DNA of 56,486 nucleotides, from assembly GCA_004431415.1 (NCBI GenBank), contig QPMI01000315.1, forward strand, positions 1-56,486, written 5' to 3'. The position numbers and the translations under genes are program-made. The notes under the pieces were generated by a model that worked only from the letters and a program-made list of their open reading frames with translations, was not told the DNA's origin and did not search any database. This stretch comes from Cyanophora paradoxa CCMP329 (taxonomy: Eukaryota; Plantae; Glaucophyta). Of the stretch, positions 13,201 to 22,625 are shown piece after piece (the stretch's first letter is position 1; every line of letters starts with the position of its first letter).

Positions 13201-15825
13201 GGCCTCGAGGGCGGCGCGGGCGCGCTCGGAGAGGCCGCCGCGCCCCGGGCTGTAGCTCTGCATCCAGCGGCCCTCGGCGAGGCCCTCCTCGTCGCTCCCC
13301 TCATCGGCCTCCTCGTCGCCGGGCCGCGGAGCGCCCTTGACGCAGGCGAGGGGCAGCGCGGCCGGCAGGTAGTGGTGCGCGATGGCGCAGAGGGCCCGCC
13401 CGGAGCCGAGCGAGGTCGTCCAGTTGCGGACGCGCACGCCGTGGAGGGCGGCCACGGCGCGCGCCCACTCAAAGAGCGCCGCCTGCACCGCCTCGGGGCC
13501 CTCCCCCTCGCCCTCCGCCCCACCGTCGATCCCCAGCACGCTGCACTCCTCCTGCGCGGCCGCCGCCTCCCCCTCGGGCGCCTCGGCCGCCGCCGCCCAC
13601 GCCCGCTCGCGCGCCGCTGCCGCCTCCGAGCGCAGGCGGGCGACATCGGCGAGGGAGGGCAGGCAGCGCTGCGGGGCGCGTCAGGCGTCAGCGGCGGGCG
13701 GGGCGCGGGTGCCGAGGAGGGCGCACGGAGCGGAAGAGGGCCCAGAGGAGGGCGAGGGTGCGCTCGCGGTGGCCGTCGGCGACGTCCTCGGGCGGGCGGC
13801 GGCGCGCACGCCGGCGGCCTGGACGGCGAGGGCGACGTTGTGGAGGCGGCGGCTGCGCTCCTCCGCGGGGGTGCGGAGCCTGGCGAGGAGGCCGAGGTCG
13901 GCGGCGGGGCTGAGCGCCTGCACGAGCCGCGCGAGGCGGACGCCGTCGCGCAGCGCCCCGGCGAGGCCGCTCGGCCCCGCCACGCGCCAGTCGAACTCGT
14001 CCAGCGGCGCCTGCTCATGCTCGGCGGCGGCGCCCCAGCGGCGCAGGTGCCGCGCCAGGTCCCCCTCGCCCCGCAGCACTGCCCGCCCCAGGGCGCGCAG
14101 CATCTCGGTGGAGGACTTGACGGGCGCCTCCTTGCAGAAGAGGCACTCCTCCAGCAGCCCCGCCCGCTTCGCGCGGTCCAGCAGCAGCACCGTGCGCAGC
14201 AGGCGCCGCACGGCGTCGGGGCCCGGGGTGGCGGGGGCGAGGGGCCCCTCCTCGAGGAAGCGGGCGAGGGGGGCGAGGGGGTCGGCCCCCGCGGGGACGG
14301 GGATGACGAGGCCGTGGACGACCTCGAGGCCGAGGCGGAGCCAGCGGGGCGCGTACGAGAAGAGGAGCGAGAGGAGGCCCTCCCGCACCCCGACGTCCGA
14401 CCGCCAGTCCGTGTCCCCCCGCACCGCGATCTGCCCCGACTCCACCAGCTGGCCCCGGCCCCCGGCCCCGTCAGGCAGGCCGGGAGGGCCGCGCGGGCAG
14501 GCGGAAGGGGGCGGGCGGGCGCACGCGGTCGACGTTGGCGAGGACCGGGGCGAGCTCGTCGCCCTTGTACAGCGCGTGCGCCCGCTGCCGCAGCCGCGCC
14601 TCGGCGAGCCGCGTCGAGTAGTCCCGCAGCGCCGCCTGCCCCGCGTTGCCGGCCTCGGCGCCGCCGGCGGTGGCGGGGGCGGGCGGGCAGAGGAGGAAGT
14701 TGATCCACTCGGTGAAGGCGCGCTCCTGCTTCTCGGGGCCCGACTCGTCGTCGAAGACGTCCCGGTACGGCCCCTGCCGCCGCACCGCCGTCGCCGACCC
14801 CGCCCCCGCGCCCCGCGGCGTGGCCGGCCCGCCCCGCGGCGTGGCCGGCCCGCCCCGCGGTGTGGCCGGCCCGCCCCGCGGTGTGGTCGGCGCGCTCGTG
14901 CCGGCCGCGAGCCTGGGCGAGGCCAGGGGCGCCTGCCGCGGGGTCGCCGGCCCGGCCGCCTTCGGGGGCGCGGGAAGCGCCAGAGGCGGAATGCGCGGGG
15001 CCGAGTCTGCGGCGGGGCTCGGGCAGAGAAGCCGGGTGGGGCGGGCGGGCGCACCGCGGGTGGGCGGAGCGCGGGGCTTCAGGGGCTCCCGCTCCGCCGG
15101 CTTGCGCGGCGCCGGCGAGGGCGCCGGGGCCTGCCGGGGAGTCGGCGTGCCGCAAAACGCGTTCAAAATGCTCTGCTTGAGCACCTTCTTGGCTGCGCCG
15201 GCGACCGGCGGCTTGGCGGCCGCCGCCGGCGCGGGAGGCTTGGCGGCCGATCCCGCGGGGGGCTTCTTCGCCTGCGGGGCGGGGTCAGGCCGCAGGAGCA
15301 AAGCGGGCGGAAAGGGCGCGCCGCCGCCTCGACGCCGACGCCGAGGAAGACGACCTGGAGGCGGTGGCGGCCGCCGAGCTTCAGCAGCGCCGTCTCCCGC
15401 ACGCCGCCCGCCGCCGCCGGCGCCCACGAGACCGACAGCGGCATCGTCGACAGCGGCGGCACGCTCGCCTCGTCGCGGTCCACTGAGAAGCCCTTCGCGT
15501 ACGGGAACTTCTCGACCAGCACCTCGGCGCTGACCAGGCCGTCGTTCTGCAGCTGCAGCTCCAGGAACTTCCGCTGCCCGCGCCTCACCTCCCCAAAGTC
15601 TAGCATCGCCGGCTTTGAGAACGCCGACAGCTGGAGCACCGGCCCAGCCTCCGCGGCTGCCGGCGGTGCGGATGCCAGCGCATTCTTTTCTGGCTCGGCG
15701 AACGCGCCGGCCCCAAGGCCGCGCGCGGCTAGCACCGGCAAGTTCTCCTTATCTGGATGCGCGCACGCGTTAGCAGGGATCCGCCGGCGTCCGCGTGAGA
15801 GCGCATGCTCGCACGAACCTGTCAT
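7262..15825 (-). CDS. ASPM: Abnormal spindle / ASPM homologue (ASH, two CH domains, IQ array, ARM-like C-terminus)
   Basis: N-terminal DKENL (KEN box). ASH domain LDFGEVRRGQRKFLELQLQN...LSVSWAP. Conserved blocks KQERAFTEWINFLLCP, DVGVREGLLSLLFSYAPRWLRLGLEVVHG, GEGDLARHL, HEQAPLDEFDW, LRDGVRLARL. CH2: VRNWTTSLGSGRALCAIAHHYLP...PDERCVVMFVAYL. IQ repeats, then C-terminal CCERL...LIRSCNRSLPH. Confidence 0.93.
8925..12130 (-). repeat. Coding tandem array of a 69-bp unit (~47 copies) encoding the IQ-like 23-mer RRSFGQARAAATAIAASWRGFVA
   Basis: Unit GCCACGAAGCCCCGCCAGCTCGCCGCGATCGCCGTCGCCGCCGCGCGCGCCTGGCCGAACGACCGGCGG repeated head-to-tail with no spacers. Copy number is estimated as span/69. Many 1-nt indels. 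Confidence 0.95.
14811..14885 (-). repeat. 21-bp coding tandem repeat (TPRGGPA x ~3.5) in the ASPM N-terminal region
   Basis: CCCCGCGG(C/T)GTGGCCGGCCCG repeated; translates to TTPRGGPATPRGGPATPRGGPATPRG, a run of proline-directed TP sites. Confidence 0.8.
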
Positions 15826-15989
15826 GCCGAGCTAGGGCCCCGCGGGCCAGATTTGAAGCCGGGAGCGGCCTCCAAGCTAGCTGCGATGGTCCCCTACCTC
15901 GTCGACGCGCTCGCTGGGCTGCGATATGGGTGTTTCGCTCTGACCGTTTTCTTTTCGTTGCAACCTGGCCGGGGGTACGAGACGTTTCG
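15826..15989. promoter_or_regulatory. Short bidirectional promoter between ASPM and the Hcp-like gene, with CHR-like and MSA-like motifs
   Basis: Divergent ATGs are 164 bp apart. TTTGAA at 15852-15857; TGACCGTT at 15941-15948 (AACGGTCA on the ASPM strand). Confidence 0.5.
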
Positions 15990-17359
15990 ATGCTTCACCT
16001 TCGTAGGGCGGCCGCGGCCTCCCTCGCCAACGCGGGGCGCGTGCACACATTGCGCGCAACTCCGGCGGCTCTTACGCAGCCCGTCCGCTGCTTCCAACTC
16101 GGCGGCCCTTTCCGTTTCATTTCTGTCCCCGCGCTCCTGGCGAGCTTCGCCAACGTTGTGAAGGGTCCAGTGCGCGCCTTCCGCGGCCGTTCGCTCGGCG
16201 CGTCCGCGCTCGACAACCGCTTGATCAATCAACGCGCACCCCGTTGATTTCAGTTCGTCGACTGGGTGAAGGATATTGTCAAGACGACGCCCAAGTTCGT
16301 GCTGGGCCACGAATTCCACGTGCGCCTCCCTTGGAATGCCTCTCGCCAATAGCACTGACGCGCGTGCAGGTCCGCATCCTCGGCTCGAAGCAAGGGCAGT
16401 TCTCGGGCGGTGCGCTTAGAGATGCACGCTGTCTCTGGTCGCGCTTTCTGCTAGCTCGAGCGCTACGCCATCGCTGCTAGCGTTACGACGAGCTCGCCGC
16501 GCGCGCGCGACCAAGCGGCTCACCGACGCCCGCGCGCTGCACATGTGCCCCCGCCGCGCGCAGAGATCACCCCGCCCCTCGGCCACGAGGTGCCGCGGCG
16601 CCCGCACGCAGCCGGCCTCGAGCTCGCTCGTATCGTTTTGATCGCGGGCTCGGCCGCAGGGCGTGATGGGGGGCATCGCATTCAAGTGCGACGTGAATTG
16701 CAATTCGGCGGGCGGCGCGGAGGGCGAGAGCGCCGGCGCCGGCGCGGCTTCGGGCCCTGGGACGCCGCGGTACAAGCCGATCAGCTTTGTGAAGGAGTGT
16801 GGGGCGGCGACGCCGCAGCTGCTGGCGGCGCTGGAGACGCAGGAGCCCCTCGAGCTCGTCACCGCGCGCCGCGCCCCGCCCCACGCCCCCCCGCCGGCCC
16901 GCTGGGGCGACGGGGGGGCGGGCAGATCGACTTCCTGCGTGTGGGGCTGGAGGGCCTCTCGCGGGGCCGCACGGAGGAGGTCTACCTCACCATGGAGCTC
17001 CGCGCCGCCCGCCTCGTCGCCATCCGCCAGGCCCCCGCCCCGCCCCGCCCCGCCCCTCCCGGCCCCTCCCACCCCGCCCTCAGTTCGTCGACAAGGACGA
17101 CGGGGCCAAGGACCGGCGGCACCACATGGCGCGCCGCGCCGCGCCTCGCGGCCCGGGCGGGGCTGAGACGGGGCCTCGCGCAGGAGGAGGTCGCCCTCGT
17201 GGCGCGCTCCGTGCGCCTCGTCAACCACCAGACCGGCACCGAGTTCACCGCCGAGGCCCGCGCCCCCCGCCCCGCGCCGCCCCGCCCCGCCCCGCCCCAC
17301 CTCCGCGCCCTGCCGACGCCCACCAGGTGCCCCCCGAGCGCTGGCAGACCGGCTCGTAG
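15990..17359 (+). CDS. hcp: Hcp/TssD (type VI secretion tube protein) homologue, 9 exons, ~256 aa, with an N-terminal mitochondrial-type presequence
   Basis: Exons 15990-16169, 16254-16319, 16370-16409, 16564-16589, 16660-16863, 16926-17030, 17084-17128, 17184-17255 and 17327-17359 splice in frame. Product includes GHEFHVRILGSKQGQFSGE...GHEGVMGGIAFKCDV...RYKPISFVKECGAATPQLLAALETQEPLELVTIDFLR...EEVYLTMELRAARLVAIRQF...HMEEVALVARSVRLVNHQTGTEF, collinear with bacterial Hcp motifs. Confidence 0.88.
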
Positions 17360-17400
17360 CGCCTCGATTCCCCGTAGCGTGTAAATATGAGGGGAGGAGG

Positions 17401-20226
17401 CTACTCGTCGTCGGCCGGCTCGGCGGGGGCGGGGCGGCCGCTGCGCCAGGCCTCGTGCGCGGCGCGGTGCCGCTCGAGGGCCCGCTCTGCCTTGCGCCGC
17501 GCGTTCTTCGAGAGCGGCGCCCCGCCCCGTCGTGCGTCGGGAGGCCCTGCGCCGGGTCGCTCCCCGAGGGCGCCGCGCGCCTCGGGCCGGTGTGCCGCAC
17601 CCGCTCGTCGAAGGCGCTGTACTCCCCCGCCTTGAGCTCGGCGAAGAAGCGCTCGGGGGCACCGAGGCGCGCGGGCGCAGGGCGGGCCGGCTGCGGCTTG
17701 GCGGCGGGGGCGGCGGGCTGGGCGGGGCCTCCGGCTCGCAGAAGGCGACGCGGAAGGGGCCCTCCTGGCCGGCGGTGTCCTGCGGGGCGCTGAGCGGGCG
17801 GCGGGGTGCGTGCGGCGGGGTGCGGGGCGGGGGCGGGCCTCGAGGCGGACGCCGAGGGCGGGAGCTCCTTCCCCCGCACCCGGTCGCACGCCGCCAGCAG
17901 CGCCCCCTTCGCCGCCCCGCCCGCCACGCCCCGCGCCGCCTCCCGCACCTGCCGGCCGCCCGTCAGAAGCCGAGCGGGTAAGAGGACGGGAGGGGGAGGG
18001 GGGCGGGCCTCGCTGCGGAAGCGCGCGAGCACGCGGACGACCTCCTCGAAGGCTGCTGCCCCGCTCGAGCCGCGAGGCGGAGGGGCGGGGGCGGGGCGGG
18101 GCGGGGGCGCACGCGGGGGCGGCCGGCGTCGGAGGCGGCGCGGGCCTCGCCGAGGGCCTCCTCGTCGAGGCCGAGGCAGGCGAGGGTCCCCGCACGTGCG
18201 CCCCGCCCCCGCCACCGCCTCCACCACCGCCCTGCGCCAAGGCTCGGCCGGGGCGGGGGCGGGGGGGCGGGGAAGCGCACTCGTTGCGGGCGGAGCGCTC
18301 GCCCCAGTAGGCGTTGGCGCAGGCGACGAGGTCGAGAGGGACTGCGCCGAGGGGCGTCGGGGGGGCAGGCGCCCCGGGCCGCGGGAGGGACCTTCAGGGC
18401 GCGCGGCGTGTCGAAGCTGTCGGCGAAGGCCGCCGCCACCGCCGCCTCCGACGCCCGCACCCTGCCCCCCGCCTCAGCGCCCCGCGCACCCCGGCGGGAG
18501 GGCGGGCGGGGCGCGCCGCTCGCGGAGCTGCCACTCGGCGGGGCCCCACTTGCGGGGCGGGGCGGGGGCCGGGGTGCAGGCGGGGGCGGGGGCGGGGCGG
18601 CAGCGGGCGAGGAAGTCGGCGAAGCGGCGGAGGACGGCGCGGGCGTCGCGGAGGCGGTCGCAGCCGGCAGGGGCGGGGCCCTCGCCCTCGCCGGCGTCGA
18701 ACTCGACGTTGGAGGACCAGGGGTGCGCGGCGCAGAAGGCCCGAAACTCCCCCGGGGTACACCCCCCGAGGAGCTCCCCGACCGTCACGAAGTTCTTCAG
18801 CGACTTCGACATCTTCCGGCCCCGGATGTGCAGGTGCCCTGCCCCCCCCGCCCCCTCAGCTGCCGGGGGCCCCGAGGCGCGAGGAGCCGCGGGACCGCAC
18901 CCGTGTGCCAGAAGTGGGAGCACCAGCGATCGCCAGGTACCCCGGCGTGCGCCCGGCACTGCCGTCCGCGTGAGGGGGAGGGAGGGGGAGGGGGGTAAGC
19001 TCGCACCTGGGCGATCTCGTTCTCGTGGTGGGGGAACTTGAGGTCGATACCCCCCGAGTGCACGTCCAGCCGGCCGCCGAAGAACGCGCTAGGAGGGGTA
19101 CGTGTGGGCCGAGGGGGAGGAGAGAGGCGGGAGGGGTGGGGCGGACTGGGTCATGGCGGAGCACTCGACGTGCCAGCCGGGGCGGCCTGGGCCCCAGGGG
19201 GAGGGCCAGGAGGGGCCGGGCGCGCCCGCCGCCGCCCCCTTCCACAGCGCAAAGTCCCGAGGGTGCCGCTTCCCTGCGCCGCGAGAGGGGGCACGGGAGA
19301 GGAGCGCGGGGCGGATGGCCGCACCCGGGGCGGGGGCCTCCCCGTCCTCGGCGTCCCCCGGCTCGCAGGCGGCCCGCGAGGGGTCGAGGACGCCGTACCC
19401 GTAGGCGGGGGCGTAGGCGACGCTGTCGAAGTAGACGCTGCCGTCCGGGGCGGGGTACGCGAGCCCGTTCTCGACGATCCGGCGCACGTAGGCCACGATC
19501 TCCTCGACGTGGTCCGTCACGCGCGCCACCGCCGTGGGGGGCAGCACCTGCGCGCCCCGCCCCGGCGCGTCGGCCGGCGCCGGGCCCTCGGGAGCCGAGC
19601 GGGGGGCCGAGGGGCGCGCACGCCGAGGCGGGCCATGTCGCGGAAGAACTCGGCCTCGTAGCGCGCGGAGAGTTCCTGCCACGGCACGCCAGCGTCGCCC
19701 GCCCGCCTGATGATCTGCCCAGCCGGCGCTCGGCGGGGCGGGGCGGGGCGGCAGCTGCGGGGGCGTGGTGGGCGGGGCGGGCCTTGTCGTCGACGTCGGT
19801 GACTCCCATCAGGTAGAAGACGTCGTAGCGGAAGTACTGGGTGAGGATCCGCCGCATGATGTCCTGCGACACGTACGTCCTGCGCCCGGGCCCCGCGCCG
19901 CTCGGCCGCGCTGGGCCGCGGAGCGAGCCCGCGCGAGCGCACCGCGCGTGCCCCAGGTGCGCCGCGTCGTACACGGTGGGCCCGCACGAGTACCTGCGTG
20001 CCTGCTCGCCGACTCGCAGACGCGTCGCGCGGCCGGCGCACCACGTCAACGGCCGGCCGCTCGGCGGCTCCAACGGGTCGAGCGCGTGAGTGAGGCTGTT
20101 CAGCACGGAGACAGTGGAGCGCGCCGGTGAGAGTCCAGCCGCCGCCGTCGAGTGCGCGGGGCGGAGCGCGCGCGGTACTGTCTTCGCCGCCGACAGCGCG
20201 GCCACGCCGCCTAACCGCGCCGGCAT
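17401..20226 (-). CDS. CARS2: Cysteinyl-tRNA synthetase, organellar (CARS2-like), multi-exon
   Basis: W|[17 protein letters not shown] (HIGH-like), [75 protein letters not shown] (KMSKS). Arg/Ala/Ser-rich N-terminal extension. Confidence 0.95.
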
Positions 20227-20276
20227 CGCTAGGCAGCTGGCTCGAAGCTGCCAAGATTGTACCCGGGCCCGGGAGT

Positions 20277-21552
20277 CGCAGGTTCGACACCGGCCGGGAG
20301 GATATCGATGCGCCTCGCGTTCTTGAGCGCGCGAGCCGCGAAGGATGGCGGCGGACAATCGCAGCGATGTGCCGAGAGGAGACAGACAGCTGCGTTTCGG
20401 TGCAGCGAACTCGGCCTCAGCCCGACCTGAGTTCAGCTTGACCAGGCCGTCACCTGACGCCGCCTGAGAGCGCCACACAGCAGCGACCGCGCGATGGTTT
20501 CTGCATTCAAAAAAGCACGTTGCACTCCTCGATCTTCCCCGACCCTTCGCGCCACCGCCCAGCACAGCTGCAGCTAGCCGCCCACCATGGCCCGCCAGCG
20601 CGTGTCTTCCGGCTCCGCCCCGCACACCACCTTCATGCACATGGTCCGTTCCATGCTCTGATGCTTTCGCACGCATCGCTCATGGGCGATCGCAGCGCAC
20701 GGCGATGCGCGGCAAGAACCCGAACGACCGCCCGCCGCGCGCCGCGCCGGGCAAGTCGTCGCCGACGAAGGCGGCCGGCAGGAAGCGCTCCCTGCAGGCG
20801 AAGCCGGCGGAGCATTCGGCGGCGCCGCGCCCCGCCGTCCTCGCCGACGTGCGGCTGCGGCTTGAGCCCGCGGCCGGGTTCGAGCACCCCGTCGCCGAGC
20901 AGCCCCAGGCGAACGCGCCGGTCGTCGAGCAGCCGGCAGCAGCGCCCGCAGCAGCTGAGCCCGCGGCAGCAGAGCTCGCTGCTCCCGGTGCGACCGCAGC
21001 CGCAACGCCCGCAGCTGCTCCCGCGACGCAGTCGGCGCGCGCAGCGCGGGGGCGGCGGCAGTGCGAGGCGGGCGGCGGAGGCGGTGTGGGTGCGGGGGCG
21101 CGGGCGGGGTACGTGCGGCACGACGACCCGGAGCTCCTCGCCTTCCTCGCCCGCGCCGGGCGCACGCCGACCGCCACACCCTCGACCGCGCCCCCGCCGC
21201 CCCCGCCGGCCCCGCCGGCCCGCCGGCCGGCGGCGGGCGCCGGTGCCGGGCAGCTGCCGCCGCTGCCCTTCGCGCCGGTCGACCCGCGCGACCCGGCGCT
21301 CGTCGCCGCCCTCGCCAAGCGCCGCCGCATCGTCGACGCCGCCGCCGCCGCCCCCGCCTGAGCCCGAGCGGGACCCACTCTCGTTTCCTCTTTTGTACTT
21401 GTACGATAGCTTCAGCGTTTCAGACGGCGTCTCTCTTTGAAAATCTTCCTTGCGTCGCGGACGCCGGCGCCTCATGATCAGGGCATTTCTTCGTGTACAG
21501 TCATTCAGTTAATGTTCATTCGCGACTACTTAATGTCGCCAAGTCAGACATT
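20277..21552 (+). repeat. ~1.28-kb dispersed repeat, copy A (inverted partner of 39762-41059)
   Basis: Aligns with the reverse complement of 39762-41059 from CGCAGG(T/C)TCGACACCGGCCGGGAGGATATCG to ...GTC(G)(C/T)CAAGTCAGA(C/A)ATT, with scattered substitutions and small indels. Confidence 0.93.
20705..21361 (+). CDS. Hypothetical Ala/Pro-rich protein inside repeat copy A (218 aa)
   Basis: ORF MRGKNPNDRPPRAAP...YVRHDDPELLAFL...DPRDPALVAALAKRRRIVD. The homologous ORF in copy B is frameshifted. No recognisable domain. Confidence 0.35.
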   Translation: MRGKNPNDRPPRAAPGKSSPTKAAGRKRSLQAKPAEHSAAPRPAVLADVRLRLEPAAGFEHPVAEQPQANAPVVEQPAAAPAAAEPAAAELAAPGATAAATPAAAPATQSARAARGRRQCEAGGGGGVGAGARAGYVRHDDPELLAFLARAGRTPTATPSTAPPPPPPAPPARRPAAGAGAGQLPPLPFAPVDPRDPALVAALAKRRRIVDAAAAAPA

Positions 21553-22625
21553 CCCTACCAGGCTGGCAGCTCTGTTATCGATATACTTCTTCATATGCAT
21601 TCTCTAATCTATAGATCATCGGATATCGATATCGATGTAATTTGTTACTTTAGATAATGCAGTAAACTTGAAATCTATATCATGATCCGATGATCCGCGG
21701 TTCATGGCCATCATGGCACGGCATATGCATCTAGATCTTGATCATGAAACCATGAAGTTGATCATGATCAGCCTTCAGCTGCGCATGCAGGGCCTGGACC
21801 TGGAGGCCGGGCAGCCCAGCGGGGCGGCTCTACTACTAGGCTACTAGGCTAGGAAGCCTGATCTTGAAGCTTAAACCTGTGACTCACTGTGTCAGTGACT
21901 CACGAGTCAACCATGCGCGCGCCATTCCGGGTCCGGAGCCCTTGAAGCCTATTAGAAATTTGTGCGCCCATTTCTGGATTTAGAAATCTAGATCTGCGAA
22001 CTTCGGAATCAAATGATGGCACTGTGGCAAAGGATGCATGCGCAGCCCCACTGGGCCACGCCCGCCGCGGCGCCTGCCATGCCGCAGTGCTGCAGATCAG
22101 CGGCTCATGATCAGCAGCTTACAGAGGGTGGCAGGATCAATTTCAAGTTTAAGAAACTTAGACTTAGTGACTCTGATCGACGAGAGAACTGCCGCAGTGC
22201 GGCTGTAAACATGCTTCGCAATCCTTCGATTCATGATCCGATGATCAATGTTTCATGATTGATGCCAAGAACTAAAGCTAGCTATAGGGCCCGAGCCTCG
22301 AAGGGCGTTGCCAGTTGATATCGTGATCGATTCATGATCTGTGAGACAGGAAATGGACGTGCCACGGTGAAAGTTGAAATCCATCTTTGACTTAACTCAT
22401 GATCAGTGGCATCGCATTTGAAATTTTGTCGCAGATGTCACTGCAACTGCACTCAAGTCGAAGCGCTAGCTGGAGGCCAGCCGGGGGTGATGATCAGCGG
22501 AAGTGGGAGAGGGGCGCGGGGCCGTCGGCGAGGAGCTGCGGGGCGACGCGCGAGCCCCGGGCCAGGGAGCGGCGGCGGGCCCCGGGCGGCGACCCGCCCG
22601 CCGCCCCGCCTCCCGCCCTTCCTTG

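Noticed and set aside
15990-17359. Hcp as bacterial contamination or part of a local T6SS cluster
   Set aside because: It has eight host-style spliceosomal introns and tight packing between eukaryotic genes. No sheath, VgrG, PAAR or baseplate gene was recognised in the window.
20240-20280. Target-site duplication for the 20.8-kb cassette
   Set aside because: The left flank and the sequence right of 41059-41091 show no convincing direct repeat.
20225-20302. Functional tRNA gene
   Set aside because: Acceptor stem, D-arm and anticodon stem cannot be folded convincingly; kept only as a tRNA-like remnant.
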